Positions 12,076-24,221 are shown, counted from the stretch's first letter. The stretch: DNA of 64,000 nucleotides from an uncultured delta proteobacterium (GCA_963822965.1 CAWGJT010000010.1:992001-1056000), one strand, 5' to 3'. Notes: generated from the sequence alone by a model not told the origin. Translations and numbers: made by a program.

Positions 12076-12124
12076 CCCTTCTGCAGCGAAGCAGCGTGGC
12101 TGCCCTGCGGAAGGGGGGATTCGC

Positions 12125-12577
12125 ATGCAACCCAGTGAAGTCCGCACGTACATCCTGAACGAGCACAACCGGCTTCGCGTGCTCCTCGAGGGCCTCGAGG
12201 GCCTGGCCCGGGACGCCCTGACGGAGGATGCGACCCCGTCGTTGGCCCTGCGCGGCGAGGCGAACGCCCTGCTCGCGCGACTGGCGAGCCACATGAGCTG
12301 GGAGGACCACTACCTCGCTCCTGTGCTACGACAGGCCGACGCCTGGGGTGAGGCGCGATGCGAGCGGCTCGCGAGCGAGCACCGGGAGCAGCGCGAGCTG
12401 CTCGAGTATGCGCTCCGGCGCCTGCACGACGAGCACCAGCCGGACGCGGTCGTGGCTGGGAACCTGCTGGACCTGATCGAGCTGCTGCGCGAAGACATGC
12501 GGGACGAGGAGGCCATCTTCCTGGACGAGCGGGTGCTGCGCGACGACGTGGTGGCGATCGACGTCACCAGCGGCTGA
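12125..12577 (+). CDS. Hemerythrin-like (HHE) domain protein
   Basis: EHNRLR, SHMSWEDHYL, SEHREQ, DMRDEE helical His/Glu pattern. Confidence 0.8.
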   Translation: MQPSEVRTYILNEHNRLRVLLEGLEGLARDALTEDATPSLALRGEANALLARLASHMSWEDHYLAPVLRQADAWGEARCERLASEHREQRELLEYALRRLHDEHQPDAVVAGNLLDLIELLREDMRDEEAIFLDERVLRDDVVAIDVTSG

Positions 12578-12628
12578 ATCGATCTGCGTCACCACCAGCT
12601 GAAGGATCTGCGTGACCCGCGGCCGAAG
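12556..12628 (+). repeat. Three degenerate 24-25 bp tandem copies of the hemerythrin 3' end
   Basis: GATCGACGTCACCAGCGGCTGAATC / GATCTGCGTCACCACCAGCTGAAG / GATCTGCGTGACCCGCGGCCGAAG. Confidence 0.65.
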
Positions 12629-12825
12629 TCGGCGGGACGGGAGGGCGTCAGGCGGTGGAGCGCGCCGCAGGGGCGTGGTCCGCATCCTCGGCGGAGATCC
12701 CACCGTATCGGCCCCGCCGACCCCGACGAGATTGCGCAGGTTCGCTCGCGAGTGTGTACAGGCAGGGCACCAGGAACAGGGTCACGCTGGTGGACAGTGC
12801 GAGCCCCCAGACGGGCCTCTCGCGC

Positions 12826-13467
12826 TCAGGCGACCCCGACCGGGCAGCTCACGCCGGTGCCCCCGAGACCGCAGTACCCGTGCGGGTTCTTGGCGAGGTA
12901 CTGCTGGTGGTAGTCCTCCGCGTAGTAGAACTGCGGGGCGTCGACGATCTCGGTGGTGATCTTCCCGTATCCCGCCTGCTCGAGACGCTTCTGGAAGGCC
13001 TCCCGGGTGGCTTCCGCCAGGCGGCGCTGCTCGTCGGAGTGGACGTAGATGCCGGATCGGTACTGGGTCCCCACGTCGTTTCCCTGCTGCATGCCCTGGG
13101 TGGGGTCGTGGCTCTCCCAGAAGATGCGGAGCAGCTCGACGTAGGAGATCCGCTCGGGGTCGAAGACCACCCGGACCACCTCGTTGTGTCCGGTGAGCCC
13201 GCTGCAGACCTCCTCGTAGCGGGGGTTCGGCGTGCCGCCCCCCGCGTAGCCGACGGCCGTGGTGTAGACGCCCGGCGCCTCCCAGAACTTGCGCTCGGCC
13301 CCCCAGAAGCAGCCCAGGCCGAAGAGACCGAGTTGCATCTCCGCGGGGAAGGGAGGCAGCAGCGGGGTACCCAGCACGAAGTGCCGCTCGGGGACGGGCA
13401 TCTTCGCCTCGCGTCCGGGAAGGATCTCGTCGGGGGCCGGCATCTCGGCCTTCTTGCGGAACAACAT
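12826..13467 (-). CDS. msrA: Peptide methionine sulfoxide reductase A
   Basis: [50 protein letters not shown]. Confidence 0.97.
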   Translation of the reverse strand: MLFRKKAEMPAPDEILPGREAKMPVPERHFVLGTPLLPPFPAEMQLGLFGLGCFWGAERKFWEAPGVYTTAVGYAGGGTPNPRYEEVCSGLTGHNEVVRVVFDPERISYVELLRIFWESHDPTQGMQQGNDVGTQYRSGIYVHSDEQRRLAEATREAFQKRLEQAGYGKITTEIVDAPQFYYAEDYHQQYLAKNPHGYCGLGGTGVSCPVGVA

Positions 13468-13519
13468 GGATGAAACCTCCTGGCGAACGAGAATCGGCGA
13501 ATCCAGGCGATTCGCCGGC

Positions 13520-15340
<1,821 letters not shown>

Positions 15341-15446
15341 GGCTTCGGGCTCGCAGCTTCTCGGGGTCGCGTGGATCGCGGCACGGATTCTAGCCCGCTC
15401 GACGCGCGTACGCGGCTCGCCCGCGGAGCACCGGGCCGGCTCGCGG

Positions 15447-16010
15447 CTACATCCAGCCCAGGGGCTGCAGCTCGTCGGTGTGGACAGGCTTGCGCTGGAC
15501 GAGCAGGTAGTCCCAGTCGTGGAAGGTCAGCAGCAGCGCGCCGGGAGAGGCGTGGCGCGCGAAGACCCGGTCCACGCACGCCTCCTCGCCGGGCCAGGGG
15601 TAGGCGAAAACCACGTCACAGTCCGCGGGCGCGAGGTCGAGCTCGTCCCACGCCCGCTCGTCGAAGGTGAGTCGGGTGTGCGTGGTGCCCGCGGCGAGGT
15701 CCTCGTCGCCGGGACGCAGGAAGGTGCCCTGGGCGAACGTCATGGAGAGCCCCAGGTCTTCCGCCAGGCTCCGGGCGGAGTCGACCAGCTCGCCCTGGAT
15801 CTCGATGCCCAGGGGCGAGAAGCCGTTGAGCGCGGCCACACCGCACACGCCCCCCAGCCCGCTGCCCCATTCGCAGAAGAGGGGGCCGCGAGCGAGGCCT
15901 TCGCTCTGGATGCGAGACAGCACGCGGTCTACGGCGAGCAGCTCGCTTCCGACGTAGCCCCCTCGGTCGTCGCCGGGCAGCGCCTGCAGTCGGCTGGCCA
16001 CGGCGTCCAC
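15447..16010 (-). CDS. Class I SAM-dependent methyltransferase-like protein; start uncertain
   Basis: FCEWGSGLG motif [16 protein letters not shown]. Confidence 0.75.
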   Translation of the reverse strand: MDAVASRLQALPGDDRGGYVGSELLAVDRVLSRIQSEGLARGPLFCEWGSGLGGVCGVAALNGFSPLGIEIQGELVDSARSLAEDLGLSMTFAQGTFLRPGDEDLAAGTTHTRLTFDERAWDELDLAPADCDVVFAYPWPGEEACVDRVFARHASPGALLLTFHDWDYLLVQRKPVHTDELQPLGWM

Positions 16011-16081
16011 GAGCTCTGCGAGCTCTGCGAGCTCTCCGCCCGGTGTCCGGATGTCGTCGATGCCCAGGGAGATCCTCGCTC

Positions 16082-16155
16082 GGGTGGGGTTGGGGTGGGA
16101 AGGCGTAGGGTGGGGTTGGGGTGGGAAGGCGTAGGGTGGGGTTGGGGTGGGAAGG
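16082..16155 (+). repeat. 26-bp G-rich tandem repeat (2.85 copies), each unit a G-quadruplex motif
   Basis: GGGTGGGGTTGGGGTGGGAAGGCGTA at 16082 and 16108, plus a 22-nt partial copy at 16134. Confidence 0.95.
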
Positions 16156-16175
16156 TGGAGAGTGGGCCGAAAGCG

Positions 16176-16207
16176 AAAGCGGCGACCCGTCTCCGGGCCG
16201 CCGCTTC
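16176..16207 (-). terminator. Probable intrinsic terminator of the cold-shock gene
   Basis: Stem AAGCGGCGACCCG / CGGGCCGCCGCTT with a 4-nt loop, 20 nt after the csp stop; T-containing tail on the minus strand. Confidence 0.65.
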
Positions 16208-16227
16208 GGTACTACCTGGCGAAAGCG

Positions 16228-16431
16228 CTACTGCGGTTGAACGTTCGTAGCCTCGGGGCCCTTGCGACCCTGACCGGCTTCGAAGCTCACCTGCTGGCCT
16301 TCGTTGAGCGACTTGAAGCCCTCGCCCAGAATGTTGGAATGATGGACGAACAGGTCCTTGGAGCCATCATCGGGCGTGATGAATCCGTAGCCCTTCTCGT
16401 CGCTGAACCACTTGACGGTACCTCGTGCCAA
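16228..16431 (-). CDS. cspA: Cold-shock protein (67 aa, TTG start)
   Basis: [31 protein letters not shown]...[10 protein letters not shown] (RNP1/RNP2); GGAGGAG RBS. Confidence 0.96.
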   Translation of the reverse strand: MARGTVKWFSDEKGYGFITPDDGSKDLFVHHSNILGEGFKSLNEGQQVSFEAGQGRKGPEATNVQPQ

Positions 16432-16875
16432 TCTCTTCTCCTCCCCACGCCACGGCTGGACCATCTGAATGGACGGTGCCGACGGGTGGGGATCGTCGCG
16501 TCGCGGGATCGTTCGGCTCCACCGTGGAGCCCGGATCATCGGCGCTCCGGAGATCGCTCCCCGGTCATCGCCGAACGCCGCATCGCACTGAGCCGTGAGC
16601 GGATGCCCACCAGCTCGATGGCCGGGAGAGTACACGCAAACCTCCGATCCCGCTCCTCGGTTCCCGAATGAGAGGGAAACCGGTGCCCGGTCGCACCACG
16701 GATCGGCCGACGCGTCGTTGCGACGCCCTCCCGTCTTGGCCAGACGCGGACGCCCTGAGAGGCCCCGCGAGGCGCTAGAAGCCCGCCCGTGTAGCCGAAC
16801 CCCGTCGCCATGAAGCTCGTTGCGGGCCTTCCTTCTCGTGGACCCTTCGCGGCAGCCCGATACCCTCGGCCCCCC

Positions 16876-17622
16876 TTGGAGTCGAGCACCCTCCGCCCGC
16901 GCGCGCCGCAACCGGCCCCGATCGGTCGCTTCGCCATCCTCGCGCCCATGCCCCGCGAGCTCCGCCCAGTGGCAGCCCGTCTGGGGCTCGCACCCGCGCG
17001 GGAGTCCGGGACGGAGCTGCTCCGGGGCATCGCAGGTCGCATCCAGGTGGTCGCGGCGCTCACGGGGATCGGAATGCGGGCGGCCGCACGGCGGACCGAG
17101 CACGTCCTCGAGGTCGCCTCTCCCGATCACCTCGTGGTGATCGGCGTGGCGGGCGGGATCGGAGAGGCGGTGGCGATCGGCGACCTGATCGTCCCCGAGC
17201 GGGTGCTCGACCTGGGCACCCGGGCGAGCTTTCGCCCTGCCCCGCTCGGCAACCAGCCGCCGCACGGCACCCTCGCATCGTCCGACGTCCTGCTGGACAC
17301 GCCCGAGGACGCCCAGCGCCTGGGTCGGCAAGGCGTCGTGGCGATCGACATGGAGACCGCGGCCATCGCGGCGGTCTGCCAGGCACACGGGTGTCCCTGG
17401 TCGGTCTTCCGCGGCGTCAGCGACCGGGCCGACGACGGCACCACGGATGCGGCCGTGTTCGGCCTGGTGGACGCCGAGGGCAAGCCCGATCCGGCGGCCC
17501 TGGCTCGCTTCGTCCTGACCCGGCCCCACCGCATCGCGCAGCTGGTGCGCCTCGCCCGTGGTGCGAATCTCGCGATACGGAACGCCGCAGACGCGCTGGC
17601 AACCGCCCTCACGTCGCTCTGA
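16876..17622 (+). CDS. Purine phosphorylase / MTA-SAH nucleosidase family protein; start uncertain
   Basis: [42 protein letters not shown]. Confidence 0.82.
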   Translation: MESSTLRPRAPQPAPIGRFAILAPMPRELRPVAARLGLAPARESGTELLRGIAGRIQVVAALTGIGMRAAARRTEHVLEVASPDHLVVIGVAGGIGEAVAIGDLIVPERVLDLGTRASFRPAPLGNQPPHGTLASSDVLLDTPEDAQRLGRQGVVAIDMETAAIAAVCQAHGCPWSVFRGVSDRADDGTTDAAVFGLVDAEGKPDPAALARFVLTRPHRIAQLVRLARGANLAIRNAADALATALTSL

Positions 17623-18379
17623 CGGGCGGGACCTCGGGCGACCGCCGCGGGTCGCCTCGGCGGGCGTCGCGGAGACGTCCCGATCCGGGGGCCGTCGGCA
17701 GTCCGTGACACGCGACCCAGGCGTCCGCCCGCGCGACGGCGGCCGCCAGCCACTCCGGCGGCAGCGAGTCCAGGGGCGGCTCGAGGGGCGGCTCTCCCTC
17801 CGCAGCGAGCCCGGGGATGAAGCGGGCCGCCGGCTCGTCACCCGCCCGGGCGGCCACGCGCAGGAAGGTCAGCGCCGACACGTAGTCCTCGCGCTGGCTG
17901 GCTCTTGGCGCCTCGGACGCGAAGAGAGCGCCGAAGAGCGAGCGACCGTACAGCGACTGGGCGGAGCGATGTCCGTTGTCGGCGGCGAAGCGCAGCGCCA
18001 CGAGCGCGGCCTCGAAGGGTTGCCGCCGAAGATGCTCGCCGTCGCGGCTCTCCTCGAGCTTCGCGAGCCCGATCTCGTACTGCTCCTGCACCACGCGAGC
18101 GTCGGCGAGCGGGCGGCACTCGACAGCCGGGTGGTCCGCCGCCCGACAGGCCACCACCCCTGCAACGAGCGCAACGAGCGCCCATGCCGCCCGCGCCGCG
18201 AAGGCGGGCGTCGTGGGGCTCGCCTTCGGCGGCGGTGTGGGCTCGCTCCGGTCCAGGCGCGGCACTCCAGGCGATCGTCCGGGTCGTTCACGCGGGCGCC
18301 GGTGAGCCTCGACGGCGACGATGTCGGCGCCGCCGGGCCATTCCCTGCTCAAGTCGGGGGTCCGGGGGTCGATGGGCAC
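17609..18379 (-). CDS. Hypothetical protein, possibly a lipoprotein with Sel1-like helices; start uncertain
   Basis: LVAGVVAC lipobox-like segment; [15 protein letters not shown] and VAARAGD helical repeats. Confidence 0.5.
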   Translation of the reverse strand: MPIDPRTPDLSREWPGGADIVAVEAHRRPRERPGRSPGVPRLDRSEPTPPPKASPTTPAFAARAAWALVALVAGVVACRAADHPAVECRPLADARVVQEQYEIGLAKLEESRDGEHLRRQPFEAALVALRFAADNGHRSAQSLYGRSLFGALFASEAPRASQREDYVSALTFLRVAARAGDEPAARFIPGLAAEGEPPLEPPLDSLPPEWLAAAVARADAWVACHGLPTAPGSGRLRDARRGDPRRSPEVPPVRAT

Positions 18380-18393
18380 AGCTGGGGGAGAGG

Positions 18394-19134
18394 ATGCAAA
18401 TTCTCAGCGGTCTTGCCACGCTTGCGTTCGTCGTGATCGGTGCTCTGGTGGGAATCCGCCTGCTGCTGCTGGCGAGACGTACCCGCCAGCTGCCGGAGCT
18501 CGCCGTCGGCCTCGCGCTGCTCCTCATCGGCGGCATCGGCTATCCGATTGCCGTCGTCGGCGGAACCCCGGGCGCCGTGGCGCCCGCGACGGGCGTCCGG
18601 ATGACCGTCGTCAGCACCTTCGTGATCGACGCGGGCTTCATCAACGTGGTCCTCTTCACGTGGTCGGTCTTCCGGCGCAAGGAGACCTGGGGACGAGCCC
18701 TGCTCGGCCTCCTCGCGGTCTCCTACGTGGTGCACGCCGTGGGAATCGCCTTCGCGAGCGTCCACATGACGAGCGCCTCGGAGATCATGACCAGCGGCCT
18801 GGGCCTCACCCTCTTCGGGCAGGTCCTCAACTCGGTGGCGTTCGGCTGGACCGCCTTCGAGGCGTACCGCTACTGGTGGATGCTGCGCAAGCGCGCGGCG
18901 ATCGGGCTGGGCGATGCCGTGACCACCAACCGCTTCCTGCTGTGGGCGATCGCGGCGACCGCCTCCGTGGGCACGAACGTCATCTCGTGGTGGGTCGTCT
19001 ACCAGGAGATGGACTTCTTCCAGAACGCCGGCGTCCAGGCCGCGATCGGGATCATCGCCGTGATCTCCTGCACGACCCAGTACCTCGCCTTCCTGCCGCC
19101 GCGGGCGTACCTGGCGCGGCTCCGCGCGAGCTGA
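18394..19134 (+). CDS. Hypothetical ~7-TM membrane protein
   Basis: MQILSGLATLAFVVIG...RRTRQLPEL...FLPPRAYLARL; GGAGAGG RBS; about seven hydrophobic segments. Confidence 0.8.
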   Translation: MQILSGLATLAFVVIGALVGIRLLLLARRTRQLPELAVGLALLLIGGIGYPIAVVGGTPGAVAPATGVRMTVVSTFVIDAGFINVVLFTWSVFRRKETWGRALLGLLAVSYVVHAVGIAFASVHMTSASEIMTSGLGLTLFGQVLNSVAFGWTAFEAYRYWWMLRKRAAIGLGDAVTTNRFLLWAIAATASVGTNVISWWVVYQEMDFFQNAGVQAAIGIIAVISCTTQYLAFLPPRAYLARLRAS

Positions 19135-19316
19135 GCCCCGTGCCCCCGGACGCGCCGCGTGTGGGCTTCGACGAGCCCACACGAGCTCGCTTGCAGTGCC
19201 AGCCGATCCGTCTCCCGTCGACCTGCTAGTCTCCCGGAATTCCGACACGACTCGATGTCCGAGGCGACGCGGGCGCGCCCTGTCTCCGGGGCGTGACGGC
19301 GGGGGAGCAAAGCGGC

Positions 19317-20138
19317 GTGCAGATCCGGATCGGATACGAGCTGATCTACGACCTCCCCCAGCCCACTCCGATGATCATGACCCTGAACGTCCACTTCACG
19401 CGGGTCTCGGATCTCGTCGCGCCGGACCACATCGTCACGAACCCGTCGATCCCGGTGACGCCCTATCGCGACGCCTTCGGCAACTGGTGTAGCCGGCTCG
19501 TTGCGCCCCCGGGCACGCTGCGGATCTCCACGGACGCGATCATCAACGACACCGGGCGGCCCGACGTGCTGGAGGCCTCCGCCCCCCAGCACGTCGTGGA
19601 GGAGCTCCCCGCCGAAACGCTCGCGTTCCTGCTCGGCAGTCGCTACTGCGAGACGGACCGCCTCAGCGAGACGGCCTGGAGCCTCTTCGGTGGGACGCCC
19701 CTGGGATGGTCGCGCGTCCAGGCGATCTGCGACTACGTCCACGGACACATCCGATTCGGCTACCAGCACGCCCGGGCGACTCGAACGGCGCTGGAGACCT
19801 TCGAGGAACGCATCGGGGTCTGTCGCGACTACACCCACCTCGCCATCGCCTTCTGCCGCTGTATGAACATCCCCGCCCGCTACTGCACGGGGTACCTGGG
19901 CGACATCGGAGTTCCCGCGTCGCCAGATCCGATGGACTTCTCGGCCTGGTTCGAGGCGTACCTCGGCGGGCACTGGCACGCCTTCGACCCGCGCAACCAC
20001 GTGCCGCGGATCGGGCGCGTGCTGATCGCCCGGGGACGGGATGCCGCGGACGTGCCCATCAGCCACGCCTTCGGTCCCAACGTCCTCCGAAGCTTCAAGG
20101 TGTGGACCGACGAGGTCCGGTCTCCTTCGGGACACTGA
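19317..20138 (+). CDS. Transglutaminase-like family protein
   Basis: FLLGSRYCETD, GVCRDYTHLAI (catalytic Cys), PARYCTGYLGD, MDFSAWFE, GRDAADV. Start at 19293 or 19317. Confidence 0.92.
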   Translation: MQIRIGYELIYDLPQPTPMIMTLNVHFTRVSDLVAPDHIVTNPSIPVTPYRDAFGNWCSRLVAPPGTLRISTDAIINDTGRPDVLEASAPQHVVEELPAETLAFLLGSRYCETDRLSETAWSLFGGTPLGWSRVQAICDYVHGHIRFGYQHARATRTALETFEERIGVCRDYTHLAIAFCRCMNIPARYCTGYLGDIGVPASPDPMDFSAWFEAYLGGHWHAFDPRNHVPRIGRVLIARGRDAADVPISHAFGPNVLRSFKVWTDEVRSPSGH

Positions 20139-20932
20139 TGACCGGGGCTGCGCGCCGGGGTTCCTCGTCGTTGCGAGCCGCCGACGAGCCGCCGGCGGTC
20201 GAGGTCTTCGATCCCGGGGGCGCGAGCCGCTTCCTGCTCGTCTGCGACCACGCCGCCAACCGGGTTCCGCGAAGCCTCGAAACCCTCGGCCTCGAGCCGG
20301 CTCGGCTGGGCGAGCACATCGGCTGGGACCCCGGTGCCGCGATCGTGGCGCGTGGTCTTGCCGCGGAGATCGGCGCGCCGCTGGTCTCGAGCGGCTACTC
20401 GCGCCTCGTGATCGACTGCAATCGACCCCTTCACAGCGCCGAATCCATCCCGGAGCAGAGCGCCGGCGTCGTCATCCCGGGAAACCTCGGACTGTCGGCG
20501 GAGGAGAGGGGGCTTCGGGTCGACGCCTTCTTCCGGCCCTACCACGAAGCCATCGACCGGCTGCTGGACGACCCGGGTCGGCGGCCCGGACTGCTGCTCA
20601 GCATCCACAGCTTCGCGCCGGTCCTGGACGGCCGACCGCGGCCCTGGCACGTCGGGGTTTCCGCCCGGCAGGATCGATGGCTCGCCGGGCTGCTGCTCCG
20701 CGGTCTCGCCGCCTGCCCGGACCTCACGGTGGGAGACGACGAGCCCTACCCCATCGAGGACGACTTCGACTACACGATCCCCGCGCACGGCGAAGCTCGT
20801 GCATTGCCCAGCGCGATGATCGAGATCCGCCAGGATGGCCTTCGGACCGCCGCGGAGGCGGCCGGGTGGGCGGCCCGGCTGGCCGGGATCTGCCGGCAGA
20901 TCGAAGCCGAGAGCCCGCCCGCACGAGACTAG
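20138..20932 (+). CDS. N-formylglutamate amidohydrolase family protein
   Basis: LVCDHA, HIGWDPG, YSRLVIDCNR, PYH, SIHSF, IEIRQD; TGATG overlap with the upstream gene. Confidence 0.92.
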   Translation: MTGAARRGSSSLRAADEPPAVEVFDPGGASRFLLVCDHAANRVPRSLETLGLEPARLGEHIGWDPGAAIVARGLAAEIGAPLVSSGYSRLVIDCNRPLHSAESIPEQSAGVVIPGNLGLSAEERGLRVDAFFRPYHEAIDRLLDDPGRRPGLLLSIHSFAPVLDGRPRPWHVGVSARQDRWLAGLLLRGLAACPDLTVGDDEPYPIEDDFDYTIPAHGEARALPSAMIEIRQDGLRTAAEAAGWAARLAGICRQIEAESPPARD

Positions 20933-21363
20933 GGTGGCGCGGGGGGCGGGCGGCGTCGCGCGGGATCGACGGGGCTCATCAGGCCGACCGCGTTTCCGCT
21001 CGGGTCCTCGACGACCGCGTAGCGCGCGCCCCAGAAGGCGTCGCAGGGAGCCTGCTGGCCCACGTGTCCCGCGGCCGTCAGCTCTGCGTAGAGGTCGTCG
21101 ACGTCCTGGCGTGTGGCCACCCGGAAGCCCACCACGACCCCCGGCTGGGAGTTCGGCCAGCCCGCGTTCCAACGCTGCGCGAAGGCCGTACTGTCGAGGT
21201 CGAGGTCGATCGAGCCGCCCGCGTCGGCCGTCCGGTGGTCGGCCTGCCACTGCGGCAGCGTGTCCGGAATTTCGAGCCCGAGCCGGCGATAGAATGCGAC
21301 GGCCGCGTCCATGTCGCGGACGACGATGTTGAGCTGGTCCAGGACCGCGCGCACGCGGGGCAT
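20929..21363 (-). CDS. VOC/glyoxalase family protein
   Basis: LNIVVRDMDAAVAFYRRLG...DAFWGARYAVVEDPSGN; TAAGCT-N7-ATG. Confidence 0.9.
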   Translation of the reverse strand: MPRVRAVLDQLNIVVRDMDAAVAFYRRLGLEIPDTLPQWQADHRTADAGGSIDLDLDSTAFAQRWNAGWPNSQPGVVVGFRVATRQDVDDLYAELTAAGHVGQQAPCDAFWGARYAVVEDPSGNAVGLMSPVDPARRRPPPAPP

Positions 21364-21438
21364 GCACCGGAGCTTAGCCGAGATGGGCGGCACTCCGGAG
21401 AGGCGACACGCTCGCGTCGACCGCCTACGGCCCTCCCG

Positions 21439-23250
21439 TCAGCGAGCGCCCGGGGAGGTCCCGGACGCGGTCCCTTCGCCAGATCCGCCGTCGGCGTCCG
21501 CCTCCTCGCAGGCCGTGTACTCGATGGGCGCGCGCGTGGGGGCGGGAACGACCCGGGCCTCGTCGCGCCGGAGCACCAGGGTGAGACCCTCCTCCGGGGT
21601 GAGCGCGACGGGCAGCTCGAAAGGTGGCGTGCTGTCGAGCCGCAGTCGGTACTCGCCGGCGGGCAGCCGGATGGGCTCCTCGGCGCCGATCGTTCCCTCG
21701 GCCACGACCGCGTCGTCCTTCCAGACGCGGAAGGGTGTGCCCACGGTCGTGCCGAGCGCCCGCCGCAGCTCGGCGGCGCTGCCGGCGGTGATGAATCGCC
21801 CCCCGGAGGCCTCCGCGATGGCGCGCAGGCTCGAGAGATCCTCGCCGGTATCGCCCCCGAGCCCGAAGCCGATCACGTGCACGGGAATCCGTGCGTCGGC
21901 CTGCAGGGCGCGGGCCGCCGCCGGGGCGTCACCCCCGCAGCTCTCGATGCCGTCGGTGACCAGCACGACGGCTCGCTCGCCCGTGAAGCTTCCGAAGTCC
22001 GCGGCGACCTGCGAGAGCGCGTAGCCGAGAGGCGTCTGGCCCTTGGGCTGCAGTCCCGCGATGGCGGATCGGATCTCGGAGCGGTTGCCCGAGCCCGGCG
22101 GCACCAGCAGCTCGGTGTCCTCGCAGTTGTTCGCCTTGCGGTCGTAGCGATGGCCGTACGCTCGCAGCGAGAGCTTCAGGTCGGGCGGCAGCCAATCGAG
22201 CGCACCTTCCAGGATCTCCCGGGCGATCTCGATCTTCGTCCGCCCGTCCATCCTCCCCCACATGCTGCCCGAAGCGTCGACCACGATCTCGACCGCGCGG
22301 TCCGAGATGGAGAGCGCCGGCGCGCCGTCTCGTTCGGCGCGGACCTGGAGCCCGGCGCAGCCCGGCGACCGCACCGTCACCGAGATGGCGACCTCCTTCT
22401 CCCGGCCGTCGACGCTGTGCGCGGCGGCCACGATCCGGTTCTCGCCGGGTGCGAGTGGCACGTCCGCCGTGAAGGTCCCGTTGGCGAGGCGGGTGGCGAC
22501 CGGGGCGGAGCCGTTGACGCGCAGCTCCACGCGCTCCACGCCCGTGGTACGCAGGTTCACGAACGCGTCCGGGAGCTGCGAGGGATCCGTCACGGCGACG
22601 AAGCTGCCCCCGGTGCGATCGGCGATCTCGCGGAGGGTGGCCGTGCCCTCGGCGTCGGATCCGAAGAGCACCGTGCTGATGGAGACGCCCTGCGCCCGGG
22701 CCTTCGCCATGGCCTCGAGCGCGTCCTTCGGCTTCGACTTCCCGTCCGTGAAGAGGATCATGACCCGCGACGAGCCCGGCCGCGCGGACTTCTCGAATCC
22801 CTGGAGCGCCGTGCGGATTCCGGCGGCCAGGTCGGTCGAGCCGTCCTGGTCGAGCCCACGGATGGCCTCGATCACCGCCGTGCGGTCACCCGTGAGGGGC
22901 GAGACCATCTTCGCCTTGCGGTCGAAGTCGACGACGCCGATGTACGTGTTGCTCCAGTAGAGGGACTTCACCAGCGCGATGGCACCCGCGGAGCGATTGT
23001 CCTTCGGGTCGCTCCGGCGCAGGCTCTTCGACGTGTCCAGCACGAGGAAGAGGTCCACCTGGCGGACGGCGGTGATGGCCGACGCGCGACCCTCGACCTC
23101 GATGGAGGATTGCGAGCTCGGGAGGACGGCATCCGGTGTCGGGCGAACGATCTCGACGTCGAAGCCGGCCACCTGCGCTCGGCCCGGAGGCGCGGCCCCG
23201 AGGACGAGTCCCAGGACCGACACCGCGCACCACCAGAAGAGCTTCCGCAT
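21439..23250 (-). CDS. Secreted tandem VWA domain protein with Ig-like linker
   Basis: Signal peptide; two MIDAS motifs (LDTSKS...FTDG; VDASGSM...TPL...VTDG). Confidence 0.88.
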   Translation of the reverse strand: MRKLFWWCAVSVLGLVLGAAPPGRAQVAGFDVEIVRPTPDAVLPSSQSSIEVEGRASAITAVRQVDLFLVLDTSKSLRRSDPKDNRSAGAIALVKSLYWSNTYIGVVDFDRKAKMVSPLTGDRTAVIEAIRGLDQDGSTDLAAGIRTALQGFEKSARPGSSRVMILFTDGKSKPKDALEAMAKARAQGVSISTVLFGSDAEGTATLREIADRTGGSFVAVTDPSQLPDAFVNLRTTGVERVELRVNGSAPVATRLANGTFTADVPLAPGENRIVAAAHSVDGREKEVAISVTVRSPGCAGLQVRAERDGAPALSISDRAVEIVVDASGSMWGRMDGRTKIEIAREILEGALDWLPPDLKLSLRAYGHRYDRKANNCEDTELLVPPGSGNRSEIRSAIAGLQPKGQTPLGYALSQVAADFGSFTGERAVVLVTDGIESCGGDAPAAARALQADARIPVHVIGFGLGGDTGEDLSSLRAIAEASGGRFITAGSAAELRRALGTTVGTPFRVWKDDAVVAEGTIGAEEPIRLPAGEYRLRLDSTPPFELPVALTPEEGLTLVLRRDEARVVPAPTRAPIEYTACEEADADGGSGEGTASGTSPGAR

Positions 23251-23483
23251 GCACCCGGGGATTCTCACGGCCGCCCAGCGTATCGAGTGGGCCGGTGGCG
23301 CGCCCGAGTGCGCCGGACAGCGGCGCGAGGCCGGCCCGTGCGAGGGGGCCTCGCGGGCGGCACCTTCCCGTGGGAAACGAGCAGGCGGACGACCGATCGC
23401 GGCCGATTCCCCTATCGGGCTCAAGTGCAGCTCGCAGGCAGCCGAGGGGTCTCGCGGAGCCATCCACCTCCAGGAGTCCCGCT

Positions 23484-24221
23484 ATGGTCGCGCGCCTCGC
23501 ACTGCTCCTCGCTCTCGCCCTCTTCCCCGGCGCGAGCAGCGCGGAGCCCCAATCCTTCGGTGATTCGGACCAGCCCGACGCCTCGATCACCACCAGCGAG
23601 GAGATCGAGGGGCACGAGGGGTCCTACCAGGACATCCATCGCAACGAGGGGCACACCGAGGACATCCATCGCCACGAGGCCCGGGCGGGTGAGGTCCAGG
23701 CCCACGAAGAGGGGGCCGAGAGCCTCTCGCGCCACGATGTGGGCTCGGAGGCCCTGCCCGAGCAGGACGCCGAGTCCGAGGCCCTCGTCGGCATGGGCCA
23801 CCCGGCGTCGACGGCCGAGGAGCGCCTGCAGGAGGCTCGCGAGAAGCTTCGGGCCGCCCGGGAGCGACATGCCCCGCTCGAAGCGCGCGCGCAGCAGGCT
23901 CTGGCCGAATCGGATCCCGACGCGCCGGCCGCGTCGTCGAGCGCGGGAGAGAGCTACGCGCACTGGACGGCCCGCATCGACGTGGCCCACGAGCGGATCG
24001 GTGTCGCCCGTGCAGCCGTGCAGGTCTGGGACGATCGCTACTCGAACATGATCCAGAGCGACTACCCGCGCGGAGCGGCTCGGCAGAAGCTCATCGACGA
24101 CCGCGAGCGCGCGAAGCAGCGACTCGCCTCGGAGGAGGCGAACCTGCCGCGGCTGGTCGAGGCGGCGCGCCGGGCCGGCGTTCCGCAGGGCGTGCTGGCT
24201 CTCCACTCAGGAGACGAGTAG
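23484..24221 (+). CDS. Secreted hypothetical protein with His/acidic repeats and coiled coil
   Basis: Signal peptide MVARLALLLALALFPGASSA; AGGAG RBS; C-terminal YPRG...ARRAGVPQG. Confidence 0.7.
   Translation: MVARLALLLALALFPGASSAEPQSFGDSDQPDASITTSEEIEGHEGSYQDIHRNEGHTEDIHRHEARAGEVQAHEEGAESLSRHDVGSEALPEQDAESEALVGMGHPASTAEERLQEAREKLRAARERHAPLEARAQQALAESDPDAPAASSSAGESYAHWTARIDVAHERIGVARAAVQVWDDRYSNMIQSDYPRGAARQKLIDDRERAKQRLASEEANLPRLVEAARRAGVPQGVLALHSGDE

Noticed and set aside
16011..16036. 9-bp GAGCTCTGC repeat near the methyltransferase start
   Set aside because: Short in-frame microduplication (ELA-ELA-EL) with no evidence of function.
16082..16155. G-rich and other short repeats as CRISPR arrays
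   Set aside because: Head-to-tail copies with no unique spacers and no cas genes in the window.
19255..19296. 13-aa uORF overlapping a GTG before the transglutaminase gene
   Set aside because: Not at leaderless spacing from the TAGTCT box, and the gene has an SD-supported start at 19317; likely chance.
20041..24051. Very long ORFs such as 1336 aa (20041-24051), 961 aa (45277-48162) and 793 aa (13289-15670)
   Set aside because: Arg/Pro/Gly-rich shadow frames overlapping well-supported genes; expected at high GC.
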